From assembly GCA_041640655.1 (NCBI GenBank), contig JBEPZV010000003.1:90369-154368 (forward strand): a DNA stretch of 64,000 nucleotides, read 5' to 3'. This document shows positions 39,751 through 49,948 of the stretch, piece after piece. Source of the DNA: a bacterium (GTDB lineage: Bacteria > Acidobacteriota > Blastocatellia > HR10). How positions within the stretch are numbered: position 1 is the stretch's first letter; every line of letters begins with the position of its first letter. A program made the translations under genes and the position numbers. The notes below the pieces were generated by a model. It saw only the letters and a program-made list of their open reading frames with translations, was not told where the DNA came from and made no database searches.

Positions 39751-40857
39751 TCACAGCTTCTTCACGAACTGCTTCCCCGGCAACTGTCTGATTTTATCTT
39801 TCACCTCGAGCTCGAGCAAGACGCGCATCAGCTCAGGGACCGGCAGACCGCTTCGCACGAGCAACTCATCAATATGCGTGGGCGCGTCGAACTGGAGCAC
39901 ATCGAGCACGCGCTGCTCATGCTCATCCAGCGGCAGCTCCGGCTGAAGCGCCGGCGCTTCTTCCCGCCGCAGGATCTCTTTTCGGATGTCGAGGGGCAAC
40001 TCCTCAACGACATCGCGCCAGTACTGCACGAGCTTCGCGCCGCACTTGATGAGATAGTTGGGGCCGTAGCTCTGCGGCGCCGTGATCGGTCCGGGGATGG
40101 CGAAGACCTCGCGGTCCTGCTCAAGCGCCAGGCGCGCCGTGATGAGCGACCCGCTGTGTTCGGCGGCCTCCACGACGACCACGCCGAGGCTCATGCCGCT
40201 GATGATCCGATTCCGAAAGGGGAAGTTCTGCGGCAGCGGGGAGACTCCCATTGGGAATTCCGTCAGCAGCACACCGTGATGGCGAATCTGCTCAGCCAGG
40301 GCGCGATGCTCGCGGGGATAGGTGATGTCGAGCCCCGTGCCGAGGATGGCGACGGTTCGCCCCTTCGCCTCCAGCGCTCCCCGGTGCGCCGCCGCATCAA
40401 TACCGCGCGCGAAGCCGGAGACGATCACCAGCCCGCGCTCCGCCAGATCGCGCGCCAGTTGCGTCGCGACGTTCACCCCATACGGGGACGGTCGGCGCGT
40501 GCCCACAATCGCCAGCGCGGGCGCCGTGAGGACGTCCACTTGCCCCCACGCGTAGAGGACGATGGGGGGATCGTAGATGCGGCGCAGCAACGGCGGATAG
40601 CGCGGGTCTTCGAGCGTGAGCGCTTCGGCCCCCACTCGGGCCAATTTCCTCAGCTCGATCTCCGCCTGTCGTCGGGGCTCTTCCGAGTGGAGGCGATCGA
40701 TCGTCTCGTCTTCCAGTCCGAGCGCCTGCAGCTCCGCGCGCGAGGCCGCGAAGATGTCCGTCGGCGAGCCGAAACGCTCCAGCAGCTGCCCGGCCGTGCG
40801 CGATCCGATGCCGGTCACCAGGCTCAAGGCGATCCAATCTCGCAGGTTCGCGGTCAT
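39751..40857 (-). CDS. dprA: DNA-processing protein DprA
   Basis: AIVGTR, VSGFARGID, FP.RNRIISG, SGSLITA, C-terminal winged helix. Confidence 0.96.
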   Translation of the reverse strand: MTANLRDWIALSLVTGIGSRTAGQLLERFGSPTDIFAASRAELQALGLEDETIDRLHSEEPRRQAEIELRKLARVGAEALTLEDPRYPPLLRRIYDPPIVLYAWGQVDVLTAPALAIVGTRRPSPYGVNVATQLARDLAERGLVIVSGFARGIDAAAHRGALEAKGRTVAILGTGLDITYPREHRALAEQIRHHGVLLTEFPMGVSPLPQNFPFRNRIISGMSLGVVVVEAAEHSGSLITARLALEQDREVFAIPGPITAPQSYGPNYLIKCGAKLVQYWRDVVEELPLDIRKEILRREEAPALQPELPLDEHEQRVLDVLQFDAPTHIDELLVRSGLPVPELMRVLLELEVKDKIRQLPGKQFVKKL

Positions 40858-40984
40858 CGCCTCGTCGCTCCTCTCGACGAAACCGGTGCCGCCTCCTCAT
40901 CCTTCGGGAAGGCTTCGCCTCCCACAGCAGGCGTCCCGACGTCCTGGGAGTTTACCAGAGAATGCCGGAGGCGACAACGACGGA

Positions 40985-41614
40985 TCAGACCTTCTCCGAC
41001 GCTCCTTGTGTTCCGAAGAGCCAATCCACCAGCGATGTCGTCACGCCAAAGCGCGCGTCCTCCCGATCGCGATGATGAAGTTGATGATGCCGTTGCCGGC
41101 GCCGCATCCACGCCGTTCGCGGTCGTCCGAAATGGGCCACGTAGTGCGTGAACTCGTAGAGCAGGTATCCCGCCCACAGGCCGATCAGAAGAGCCGCCGC
41201 TTTCGGCCAGGAGCCGAGCGCGCTCACGAAGAGCAGAAACAGCAGCGCGCTCAAGGACGCGCTCGCCGAGAAGCGGATGAAGATCGAGCCCACCGCCTGC
41301 GGGGCCGCGTGATGAATCCCGTGAGCGCGGTAGAGAAAGGCGCGCACTCGCGCCGATCGCGCCCGTGCGTGCAGTCCTCGATGAACGGCGTACTCCAGAA
41401 AAGGCCACAGCAGCAGACCCACAAGACCAAGCCCAAGCAGCGTCGGCCACGCCGAAGGATCGCGCGCGAGCGCTCCGACGCCGAGCACCGCTCCCGCGGC
41501 GAGGTAGAAGAAGAAGGGCTTGAAGTGCACGCGGCACACGCGAAGCCATTCGCCTCGCCGGTGGCCGATGGGTGTCGCTGCATGGGACATGTCGCTACGC
41601 CTTGCGGAATCCAT
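40985..41614 (-). CDS. Fatty acid hydroxylase / sterol desaturase family
   Basis: His boxes EYAVHR.LH, HGIHH, YEFTHY.AH, HHQLHH, FGVTT. Start must lie 3' of the tRNA (41614 or 41590). Confidence 0.85.
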   Translation of the reverse strand: MDSARRSDMSHAATPIGHRRGEWLRVCRVHFKPFFFYLAAGAVLGVGALARDPSAWPTLLGLGLVGLLLWPFLEYAVHRGLHARARSARVRAFLYRAHGIHHAAPQAVGSIFIRFSASASLSALLFLLFVSALGSWPKAAALLIGLWAGYLLYEFTHYVAHFGRPRTAWMRRRQRHHQLHHRDREDARFGVTTSLVDWLFGTQGASEKV

Positions 41615-41621
41615 GCCAACG

Positions 41622-41719
41622 TGGCGGAGGCGCGTGGGAATCGAACCCACCGGCGTCAGCTCTCGCTGTCGCCCACCGGGTTTGAAGCCCGGGGAAGTCA
41701 CCAGACCCCATTCGCCTCC
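41622..41719 (-). tRNA. selC: tRNA-Sec (anticodon UCA)
   Basis: GGAGGCGA...CCGGG-CT-TCA-AA-CCCGG; 6-bp D stem with 4-nt loop, long variable arm, GGTTCGATTCC T arm, G discriminator and encoded CCA. Confidence 0.95.
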
Positions 41720-41851
41720 GCTTCGGGAGGTCCCCCGTGTCTCATCGCGCGAACTCGCGCTCATTGTAGAGCCTCCTCGTCTGCAGAAGCAAGGGGGAGA
41801 GGCCTGATGTGATGACGCCGATTTCTCCTCACAATGCGTAGGGGCGCGGGG

Positions 41852-42676
41852 TCAGGGGACGGCGAGCACGGCGATGCCATGTCGGTTCGCGAGCGCGAGC
41901 AGCTCGGTGCGATCCATCAGCAAGGTCTTCCGCGCGGTGATGGCCAGCGCCGTCGCTCGGCATTCGATCATCGTCTGGATCGTCGGAGCGCCGATCACCG
42001 GGACATCGAAGCGCATATCCTGATGCGGGCGGGCGACTTTGACGACGACGAAGGGGCGCCCGCGAAGGAGGGAGGCCGCTCGGCGGATCGTCGCATCGGT
42101 CCCTTCCATCGCCTCGATGGCGACGACCGCGCGATCTTTCACGGCGATCGTCTGTCCCAGATCCAGTCGCGCGATCTCGCGAGCGATCTCCAGCCCATAG
42201 CGAAGGTCCTCCATCTCGGCCGAGGAAGGGGCGCGCGCCGTCAGCACGCCTTCGGGCGCGAGCAGCTCCGGGACGAAGAGCGTGGAATCCACGACCTGGA
42301 TCCCCTCGCGCTCCAGCTCGGCGACGACGGCTCCGATCAAACTGTTGGTGTTCTTTCTCGGCAGCCGCATCAGGAGTTTGAGCATCCGCCAATCGGGCAG
42401 AGCGGGGCCGAAGATCTGAACGTGCTTGACCTGACCGGCGAGGACGGCATGCGTGACGCCGTGTTCGCGAAAGAATTCGATCAGGTGGCCGAGTTGACCG
42501 ACGCCCAACCAGCGGACGATGCGCGCCTGGCGCTCGATCTCCGGCGAGGTCTCCTCGCGAATGGCCGCGACGACCATCTCGATGCCGCGCCGCCGCGCGC
42601 CGTCCAGGACGAGGAAGGGGAATCGCCCGTTTCCGGCGATCAGGCCATAGCGTCGCTCGCTCTCGGGCCGGCTCAC
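41852..42676 (-). CDS. lpxI: UDP-2,3-diacylglucosamine pyrophosphatase LpxI
   Basis: GLIAGNGRFP, DLGQT, AIEAMEGTD, QDMRFDVPVIG. Confidence 0.93.
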   Translation of the reverse strand: MSRPESERRYGLIAGNGRFPFLVLDGARRRGIEMVVAAIREETSPEIERQARIVRWLGVGQLGHLIEFFREHGVTHAVLAGQVKHVQIFGPALPDWRMLKLLMRLPRKNTNSLIGAVVAELEREGIQVVDSTLFVPELLAPEGVLTARAPSSAEMEDLRYGLEIAREIARLDLGQTIAVKDRAVVAIEAMEGTDATIRRAASLLRGRPFVVVKVARPHQDMRFDVPVIGAPTIQTMIECRATALAITARKTLLMDRTELLALANRHGIAVLAVP

Positions 42677-43452
42677 TTCACAATGCCCCGTTGCGAGGTC
42701 TCGATGAAGGCGATCAGGTCTTGAATCTCCGGGATGTGCCCGAGTTCCCGTCGCAGGGCTTCGAGCGCTTGCGTCGTGTTGAGCTTGGAGGAGAGCAACA
42801 GGTGAAAGGCGCGATCAATCGCTCGACGCTGCTCCTCGGTGAAGCCCTTGCGACGGAGCCCGACGGTATTGGGGCCATAGCATCGCGCGTGGTTCCCCGC
42901 GCAGAGCGAGTAGGGCGGAACGTCCTTCACCACGACGGCGTACGCGCCCACGAAGGCGTACTTCCCGATCCGGCAGAACTGGTGCACGCCGACGTAGGCC
43001 CCGAGCGTCGCGTGATCTTCGACGCGAACGTGACCGGCCAAAGAAGCCCCGTTGGCCATGATGACGTGATTGCCGACGTGGCAATCGTGCGCGACGTGCG
43101 CCTGCACCATGAGGAGATTGTCGTCCCCGATGACGGTGACGCCCCCGCCGCCTTCGGTCCCGCGGTGGATCGTCACGTACTCGCGGATGCGATTGCGTCG
43201 GCCAATGAGAACACGGCTCGGCTCGCCCTTGTACTTCAAATCCTGGGGGATTTGGCCGATCGAGGCGAAGGGGAAGATGACAGTCTCCTCGCCGATCTCC
43301 GTCGGCCCCTCAATGACGCAATGAGCGGCCACGCGCACGCGGTCGTGAAGGATAACCTCATCGCCGATGATCGTGTAGGGGCCGATCTGAACATCCTCCC
43401 CCAACTCGGCGCGCGGGCTCACGATGGCCGTCGGATGGATGGTGACGCTCAC
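42673..43452 (-). CDS. lpxA: UDP-N-acetylglucosamine acyltransferase LpxA
   Basis: IHPTAIV, PQDLKY, HVAHDC, LAGHV, HQFCRIG. Confidence 0.97.
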   Translation of the reverse strand: MSVTIHPTAIVSPRAELGEDVQIGPYTIIGDEVILHDRVRVAAHCVIEGPTEIGEETVIFPFASIGQIPQDLKYKGEPSRVLIGRRNRIREYVTIHRGTEGGGGVTVIGDDNLLMVQAHVAHDCHVGNHVIMANGASLAGHVRVEDHATLGAYVGVHQFCRIGKYAFVGAYAVVVKDVPPYSLCAGNHARCYGPNTVGLRRKGFTEEQRRAIDRAFHLLLSSKLNTTQALEALRRELGHIPEIQDLIAFIETSQRGIVK

Positions 43453-43994
43453 GCGCTCTCCTCCGGCGCGGTGTTCGGGGGGGTAGGGGCGCCGGGCGCG
43501 GACTCCTCCTGCAGGGCGGGAACGTGAAGCGCGGCGGCGTTCTTGCGCACCGCCCCGATGTCCACGAGCGAGGAGGTGATCTCAGCTTCCGCCACAAGTT
43601 GCCCATCCACGTAGGCTTCGCCGCGCAGCCGAATGTAGCGCGACTTCAGCCGAAGGACCGTCAGCTCCAACCGCAGCGTGTCCCCGGGGACGACCGGTCG
43701 TCGGAACTTCGCCTTGTCAATGCCGGTGAAGAAGACGAGCTTGTTGCTGGCGTCGGCCACCTCGTGATACATCAGCACGCCCGCCGTCTGCGCCATCGCC
43801 TCGATCACCAACACACCGGGCATGACCGGCGCTCCCGGGAAATGGCCCTGGAAGAAGCATTCGTTGATGGTCACGTTCTTGATGCCGACGATCCGCTTCC
43901 TCGGCTCGAATTCGATGATGCGATCAACGAGCAGGAAGGGATAGCGGTGCGGAAGGAACTGCTGAATTTGTACGGCATCGAAGATGGTCTCCAT
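43449..43994 (-). CDS. fabZ: 3-hydroxyacyl-ACP dehydratase FabZ
   Basis: [18 protein letters not shown]...MPGVL..EAMAQ. Confidence 0.97.
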   Translation of the reverse strand: METIFDAVQIQQFLPHRYPFLLVDRIIEFEPRKRIVGIKNVTINECFFQGHFPGAPVMPGVLVIEAMAQTAGVLMYHEVADASNKLVFFTGIDKAKFRRPVVPGDTLRLELTVLRLKSRYIRLRGEAYVDGQLVAEAEITSSLVDIGAVRKNAAALHVPALQEESAPGAPTPPNTAPEESA

Positions 43995-44094
43995 AACCGA
44001 CGCCTCACATCAGCCGCGCGGATAATCGAAGCCTCATCCCCGCGAGGTCACTGTCTCCCCCCGCGATCGGGACCTTCATACGCGCCGCTCCTTC

Positions 44095-44796
44095 TTACGG
44101 CTTTCGAGGCGGAGTCTTGGGCGATGCCGAGGCCGGGCGTGTCTCGGAGGTCGGACGTCCGGCGCTCGAGGGCGTGGACGCTGGGGGCGCCGTGGAGCTC
44201 GTCACGGGATTGGCCTTGTTGTACTCGTTGATGAAATCGCGCGTGATGTCGGCCGCCGGATCCACGTACACGAGCCCACCCGCTTGCGCGAGATTGGCGA
44301 CCTCCAGGATAATGGTGATGCCCCGGCTCTTGGCGTAGGTCTCCAGGAACGCCCCGATCCGCTCGCGCACGGGAGCGATGGCATCGCGAAAGGCACGTTG
44401 ATAGGCGCGTTCGGCGTCCTCTTTCTTTCGTTGATACTCGCGCTGTAATTGCTCGAGCGCCTCCTGCTTATCCGCCCGCGCCTGCGGCGTCAGATTCGGA
44501 CCTTGCGTCTCCAGCTCCCGTCGGAGACTCTCCACGCGCTGCTCCAATGCGCGCAATTCCGCTTCCTTGTCTTTGAACATGTCGTCCACGCGCTTGGCCT
44601 GTTGAATGAGCTGCTGAATCCCATCGTCGGCCATGAACGCGTTCGTATTGATGACGGCGATGCGTCCGACGGGAACCGGCGGTGGCGTCCCCCCTGGCGC
44701 CGGCGCTTGGGTGGGCGCCGAAGTTTGCCCCTGCGCCCAGACCGGCGCGAGGCCTCCCAGGCTCAGAAGCATGATCGCGAGACCAATGGTCCTCAT
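44095..44796 (-). CDS. skp: OmpH/Skp periplasmic chaperone
   Basis: Signal peptide, IAVIN, coiled coil, YVDPAADIT; upstream of fabZ. Confidence 0.85.
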   Translation of the reverse strand: MRTIGLAIMLLSLGGLAPVWAQGQTSAPTQAPAPGGTPPPVPVGRIAVINTNAFMADDGIQQLIQQAKRVDDMFKDKEAELRALEQRVESLRRELETQGPNLTPQARADKQEALEQLQREYQRKKEDAERAYQRAFRDAIAPVRERIGAFLETYAKSRGITIILEVANLAQAGGLVYVDPAADITRDFINEYNKANPVTSSTAPPASTPSSAGRPTSETRPASASPKTPPRKP

Positions 44797-44915
44797 AGCT
44801 CCCCTCTCGGTGTATTCACGAAGTGGCATTGTACTGTGTCTGGCCGAGTCGGGCAAGACACCGCGCCTCGCCTCAGAGAGGGGGGCGGCGCTGGAGAGAA
44901 GCTCCTGAAGAGGCC

Positions 44916-45692
44916 TCACGCCTTCACCATCACGCGCGCGATGCGCGTGGCGCGGTAGGTCGTCTCGTCAATCTCGATGAGGGCCCCGCAGAGGCGCACA
45001 TCGCCGGAGGCGACCTCGAAGCGGTGGGGCATGCCGCGCAGGAACCGGTCCAGAATCTGCTCTCGCTTGATGCCGATCACACCGTCATACGGTCCCGTCA
45101 TGCCGAGATCGGTGATGTAGGCCGTACCACGGGGCAGGATCGTCTCATCCGCCGTCGGCACATGCGTATGGGAGCCGAAGACGACGCTCACGCGCCCATC
45201 CAGGTACCATCCCATGGCGATCTTCTCCGACGTGGCTTCGGCATGCATGTCCACGATGATGATCCGCGGTTGGCGGAGTTCAGACAACAGCGCGTCAACG
45301 GTCCGAAATGGACAATCGCTCGGGTGCATGAAGACGCGCCCTTGCAGATTGATCACCGTGATCGGATGTCCGCTCGCCGAGCGCCCCGACCAGAGGCCGC
45401 GTCCGGGCACGCCCGGCGCATAGTTGGCCGGTCGCAGCAGTCGCGGTTCGGTCTCGATGATCTGAAAGACCTCCTTCTTGTCGAAGATGTGATTGCCCGA
45501 AGTCAACACGTCAATGCCCGCCTCCAGCAGCTCCCGCGCGACCTCCGGCGTGACGCCGAAACCGCCGGCCGCGTTCTCGACGTTCGCGACGACGAAGTCC
45601 ACTGCGAACTCCCGCTTCAATTCCGGGAGCTTCTCTCGCACGATGCGGCGTCCCGGACGCCCGACGATGTCCCCGATCACGAGTACGCGCAT
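44916..45692 (-). CDS. ymdB: YmdB family metallophosphoesterase
   Basis: [40 protein letters not shown]. Confidence 0.95.
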   Translation of the reverse strand: MRVLVIGDIVGRPGRRIVREKLPELKREFAVDFVVANVENAAGGFGVTPEVARELLEAGIDVLTSGNHIFDKKEVFQIIETEPRLLRPANYAPGVPGRGLWSGRSASGHPITVINLQGRVFMHPSDCPFRTVDALLSELRQPRIIIVDMHAEATSEKIAMGWYLDGRVSVVFGSHTHVPTADETILPRGTAYITDLGMTGPYDGVIGIKREQILDRFLRGMPHRFEVASGDVRLCGALIEIDETTYRATRIARVMVKA

Positions 45693-45719
45693 GCCGGCCT
45701 CCTCGGTGAAGAAAAAAGG

Positions 45720-45918
45720 TTCGGGGCTTCCGCTTGGCCGTGTGGTGGCGACAGTTGAACCTGGAATCCTCCAGGTGGGTGGCCTAGCCCTTATCGTCGG
45801 TTTCCCCGCTCCTTGGGCGGGGCCTACCTTGATAAGGTCCCTCGCATCGGCCTCCCAAACGTTCTCGTGTTGGCTCTAACTTCGCCATCCATCACCAACT
45901 TCGCAGAAGCCCCACTGC
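45720..45918 (-). ncRNA. ssrS: 6S RNA
   Basis: ~190 nt rod closed by GGGGCTTCTGC/GCGGAAGCCCC; contains CCCACCTGG...GGTTCAA...CACACGGC; own promoter and 3' U-run; upstream of ymdB. Confidence 0.85.
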
Positions 45919-45925
45919 GGGAGAC

Positions 45926-45954
45926 AGTATAGCCCCCCCCGCCTCTGAGGTCAA
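45926..45954 (-). promoter_or_regulatory. Sigma70 promoter of 6S RNA
   Basis: TTGACC-17 nt-TATACT. Confidence 0.75.
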
Positions 45955-46050
45955 GCCGATCCCCGGCGTCGCAGCGCGCGGAGGCTGAGAGAAGCGGCGT
46001 TGCCATTCGTTAAAATTGTGGGCTCGCCGGAGTCTATCGTGAGAGGAGGC

Positions 46051-46479
46051 ATGAAGATGCGGGATCATGCGCTCGGCATGGCCGTAGTGCTCAGTCTGAT
46101 CGCCGCCTCCGCCTGCGGCCCCACAGGGGCATCCGTGTGCGCCTCCGAATTCGCGCGGCTCTCACCCCAGGTGTCCGAGCGCTCCCCGCAGCGCGGATTG
46201 CGGTGGTGGGGGCGCGTGGATGGGCGCGACATCCTCTGCATTCGACGAGGGACCGTGTGGGTCGTCCACGAGGAGGGGGAGCCGATCGTGGAGGCGGATT
46301 TTCGCCTGGAGCGACCGCTGCCGGCTGAGCCGGTGACGGTGACCGTGCGAAAGCTGCGGGGTCGCGGCCGGGTCGAGGTCATCGAACAACCTTCGCGGGA
46401 GAACAATTTCACGGCGCGCATCCTCATCGAGGACCGGAAGAGCGGATCGGATCGGTACGAGATCGAGGTGTTCTGGTGA
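46051..46479 (+). CDS. Putative lipoprotein, hypothetical
   Basis: GGAGG RBS, lipobox-like AASAC, beta-rich domain. Confidence 0.7.
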   Translation: MKMRDHALGMAVVLSLIAASACGPTGASVCASEFARLSPQVSERSPQRGLRWWGRVDGRDILCIRRGTVWVVHEEGEPIVEADFRLERPLPAEPVTVTVRKLRGRGRVEVIEQPSRENNFTARILIEDRKSGSDRYEIEVFW

Positions 46480-47470
46480 CGGCGGGACGCTCTCGTTCGA
46501 GGACGTGTCGGCACTGCATCAGGACTTCGCCGACCGAGGGATCGCCTCTCAGAACATGCACGCGTCCCCGAGGTCCCCAACGCGCGGGATCCGTCACGGT
46601 GAAGATGGCGATCACGGGAGCGCCGACGGCAGCCGCCAGGTGCGTGACGCCGGAGTCATTGCCGATGAAGAGGTGACAGCGCGCGAGGATCGCTGCCAGA
46701 TGGGCGATGGGCAAGGCCCTCAGTCGAAGGAAGCGTTGGAGCGAATTCGCTCCCGCCCCCTCTGGCATGGCGATCAGGCGCTCGACCAGATCGGTATCGG
46801 CTGGACCTTCGATGAGGAGGAAATAGCGATTCGGTTGCTCAAGCGCCCGGATCACATGAGCGAAGCGCTCAACAGACCAGCACTTGCGCCGACTTCCGCT
46901 CCCCGGGTGCACGGCGATGAGCTGAGGCGGGGGATCAGCTTCCACTTCGAGGTCAAAACTGCGCAGCCGCTGTTCGGCAGCCTCGTGGTCTTCGGGAAGG
47001 AGCGCCAGGCGCGGCGTTCGGTCTTCGGCTTGGGCGTTGATCCCTAACGGGGTGAGCGTTCGGAGCAGATAGTCGGCGGCGTGCTCGCGGCTCTCTTCCG
47101 GTGGCGTGGACCGCGCGATGAGGAGGCGTTGGGGGCGATCCTGCTGGAGGCTTTCGAGCGCGCGACGGTACGCGGTGTCGCTGGACCCGAACCAAGAGAC
47201 GATCACATCGAAGTCTCGCAGATAGTGGGCCAAGTCTTCGGGCAATTCCCCGCTGAAGGCGCGATGCAGGCCGAGGGCCTCTATGGAGACCACGCGGTCC
47301 ACTGCGCTGCGCCGTTCCAAGAGGCCGTGCGGTGACGGATGCCCCGCGAGCTCGATGTGCGCTCCGGGAAAACGTCGGCCGAGAGCCGCGAGAGCGGGGA
47401 GAGCCAGCACACAATCCCCTAAGGCCCCGACATGGATGACGAGAATCCGCCGCTCATCGGTGCGCGGCAT
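46424..47470 (-). CDS. Glycosyltransferase family 9 (heptosyltransferase-like)
   Basis: GALGD..LALP, HPGSG..RK.W, GNDSG.THLAAA. Confidence 0.9.
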   Translation of the reverse strand: MPRTDERRILVIHVGALGDCVLALPALAALGRRFPGAHIELAGHPSPHGLLERRSAVDRVVSIEALGLHRAFSGELPEDLAHYLRDFDVIVSWFGSSDTAYRRALESLQQDRPQRLLIARSTPPEESREHAADYLLRTLTPLGINAQAEDRTPRLALLPEDHEAAEQRLRSFDLEVEADPPPQLIAVHPGSGSRRKCWSVERFAHVIRALEQPNRYFLLIEGPADTDLVERLIAMPEGAGANSLQRFLRLRALPIAHLAAILARCHLFIGNDSGVTHLAAAVGAPVIAIFTVTDPARWGPRGRVHVLRGDPSVGEVLMQCRHVLERERPAVTRTPRSRTDPIRSSGPR

Positions 47471-49127
47471 AGACGATCTTCCCACCGACGATCGTCAAGA
47501 GGACTTCGACCTGAGGGATCTCGTCCGGCGGGATGGTGAAGAGGTCGCGGGAGAGGACGACCAGATCGGCGAGTTTGCCGACCTCCAGCGAACCCTTCAG
47601 ATGCTCGGCGAATTCCGCGTAGGCGCCGGAGACCGTGTAGGCGCGCACGGCTTCTTCCACGGTGATCTTCTGCTCCGGAAACCAGCCGTTTGGGTTCTTT
47701 CCGTCCAATGTCCGTCGCGTCACGGCGGCATAGATACCGAGCAAGGGGTTGAGCGGGGCGACTGTCCAATCCGATCCGAAGGTCACGCGCACGCCGGCGT
47801 CCAGCAGTGATCGAAAGGCGTACGTCGTCTTGCAGCGCTCGCGTCCGATGCGCTTCTCGGCCCACCGTCCGTCATCAATTGCGTGATACGGTTGCATCGA
47901 GGCGATGACGCCAAGCCGCGCCATGCGCGGAATATCCTGCGGCCGCAGGTGCTGCGCGTGCTCGATGCGGAATCGCCGATCGCGCGGCCCATTTTCCCGA
48001 ATGACTTCCTCGAAGATGTCGAGCGCAAGGGCATTGGCCTTATCCCCGATGGCATGGATGGAACATTGAAATCCAGCGCGATCGGCAGCTGCGATCCGTT
48101 GCTTCATGATGCCCTCGGGGAACATCTGGCTGTGGAGCAAGCCGCTTGTGTGCGGCGCGTCCGTATAGGGCTCGAAGAAGAGGGCCGTCGTCGAACCGAG
48201 CGAGCCGTCCACAAAACCCTTGAAGCCGCCGAGCCGCAGCCACTCATCTCCAGCGCCCTCGCGGGCGACCAGATCGCGCTGACGCTCCCACTGGGTGATT
48301 GGCGTGCGCGCGTACACGCGCACGGTCAGCTCGCCGCGCTCGCGCGCTCGCCGATAGACGGGCCAATGCGCCCATTCCGTGATGTCCTGAATCGAGGTAA
48401 CGCCGAAGCGGGCGGCTTCACGAAGCGCAGCGCGCAAGGCTTCGTCGTATTCGTGATCGCTCGGTTCTGGAATCACTCGGGAGACGAGCGACATGGCGGC
48501 GTCTTTCAAAATGCCCGTCGGTTCGCCCGTCTGCGGATCGCGCACGATTGTGCCCCCCGGAGGATCCGGCGTCTCGCGCGTGATACCTGCTTGGCGGAGA
48601 GCGAGGCTGTTGGCCAACCCCATGTGTCCGTCCAATCGCGTGACGAAGACCGGGGTGTTCGGCGTATACGGATCGATCCATTCCTTGCGCGGCAAGGGAG
48701 CGCCCGGCCACAGTTCGTGATCCCAATTGCCGCCGGTGATCCATCGTCCCGGCGGAAGCGCCTTCGCTCGTTCGGCGATCCGTCGGGCGAACTCCTGCGG
48801 ATCGCGCGCATCGCGCAGGTCCACGCTGAGGAGTTGGAATCCCCCGTTCACAAAGTGCGTGTGGTTGTCAATGAAGCCGGGGAGCACGAGTCGCCCCTTC
48901 AGCTCCAGAACCTGCGTCTTCGGGCCAATCATCGTCCGCACGTCGGCCGAAGCGCCGACAGCCAAGATGCGCTCGCCGCCAATGGCCAGGGCTTCGGCAT
49001 ACGGCTGGCGCGGATTCCCCGTCCAGATCTTGGCCCCGAGGATCACGAGATCGGCCTCCGCCCTCGGCCGACCCCCATTCACCATGGTGAGGATCGAAAG
49101 CAGCAGCATCATCGTTGCGCTCCGCAT
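47454..49127 (-). CDS. Exported amidohydrolase (YtcJ/Amidohydro_3)
   Basis: PGFIDNHTH, DGSLGSTTA, HAIGD, RIEHAQ, GSDW. Confidence 0.92.
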   Translation of the reverse strand: MRSATMMLLLSILTMVNGGRPRAEADLVILGAKIWTGNPRQPYAEALAIGGERILAVGASADVRTMIGPKTQVLELKGRLVLPGFIDNHTHFVNGGFQLLSVDLRDARDPQEFARRIAERAKALPPGRWITGGNWDHELWPGAPLPRKEWIDPYTPNTPVFVTRLDGHMGLANSLALRQAGITRETPDPPGGTIVRDPQTGEPTGILKDAAMSLVSRVIPEPSDHEYDEALRAALREAARFGVTSIQDITEWAHWPVYRRARERGELTVRVYARTPITQWERQRDLVAREGAGDEWLRLGGFKGFVDGSLGSTTALFFEPYTDAPHTSGLLHSQMFPEGIMKQRIAAADRAGFQCSIHAIGDKANALALDIFEEVIRENGPRDRRFRIEHAQHLRPQDIPRMARLGVIASMQPYHAIDDGRWAEKRIGRERCKTTYAFRSLLDAGVRVTFGSDWTVAPLNPLLGIYAAVTRRTLDGKNPNGWFPEQKITVEEAVRAYTVSGAYAEFAEHLKGSLEVGKLADLVVLSRDLFTIPPDEIPQVEVLLTIVGGKIVYAAHR

Positions 49128-49324
49128 CCTGCTCCCTCCCGCCGATTCCGCCCATAGCGTATCCGAAGGGAGCGGCCTCTGTAAACGTCTGGGATTCTCA
49201 TCGAATCGCTCGGATGATCATGGTGCATCTCCGGAGAGCGCCTTGACGCTCCGCATCCGGCCCGATATACTCACGCCGGTCCGACAACGGGGGGTCGGTG
49301 TCGCCCTCGAAGGAGCACGGGCAG

Positions 49325-49903
49325 ATGATCAACAAGCGGTGGTTGGCGCTTGGCTTCGGCCTCATGGCCGTGGGGCTCGTCATCGGCATCGGCATCGGGC
49401 TCACCGTCCCGTTCCCCGAGCAGACGCTGCCCGAGCGCGATGTCCACGCCTCGATCACGATCATGCAGAGCATTCGCGGGGAGCATACCTTTCGCGCCAT
49501 CCTCACGAACAACACGCGCGTCTTCCTCATGCTCACGATGGGGATTTTGACCGGAGGCTTGCTCTCGCTGGCCGAGATGCTCTTGATCGGGTACATGATC
49601 GGGCTGCTCGTGCAGATCGCGCAGATACAAGGGACGCCCTTTGTGGTGACGCTGGCTGCGCTTCTGCCGCATGGCGTGCCCGAGCTGACGGCCTTTGCGG
49701 CCGCCGGAGCGCTGGGCGTGCATCTGGCCTGGCGCGTCTATCAGGCCGCGCGCGGTCAGAGCGTGGACTGGATCCGAGAAACGTATACGTATGGCCGGAT
49801 CGTGCTCGCCGCTTATGGGCTTTTGGTCCTCGCGGCTTTGATCGAAGCCTATCTCTCGCCCAGTCTGGTCGCCTACTTCATGCGGATCACGGCGAAATCG
49901 TGA
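49325..49903 (+). CDS. SpoIIM-family membrane protein
   Basis: ILTNN, LLPHGVPEL, AALIEAYLSP. Confidence 0.85.
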   Translation: MINKRWLALGFGLMAVGLVIGIGIGLTVPFPEQTLPERDVHASITIMQSIRGEHTFRAILTNNTRVFLMLTMGILTGGLLSLAEMLLIGYMIGLLVQIAQIQGTPFVVTLAALLPHGVPELTAFAAAGALGVHLAWRVYQAARGQSVDWIRETYTYGRIVLAAYGLLVLAALIEAYLSPSLVAYFMRITAKS

Positions 49904-49948
49904 GCGTGAACCGCGCCGTCTCAGCCTCTCGAACGAACGCGTTACGGT

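Noticed and set aside
41622..41650. selC 3' end as an occupied integration site
   Set aside because: I saw no duplicated tRNA end or integrase; flanking genes are housekeeping.
41615..41764. N-terminal extension of the hydroxylase ORF in the ORF track
   Set aside because: It runs through tRNA-Sec; the real start must be at 41614 or 41590.
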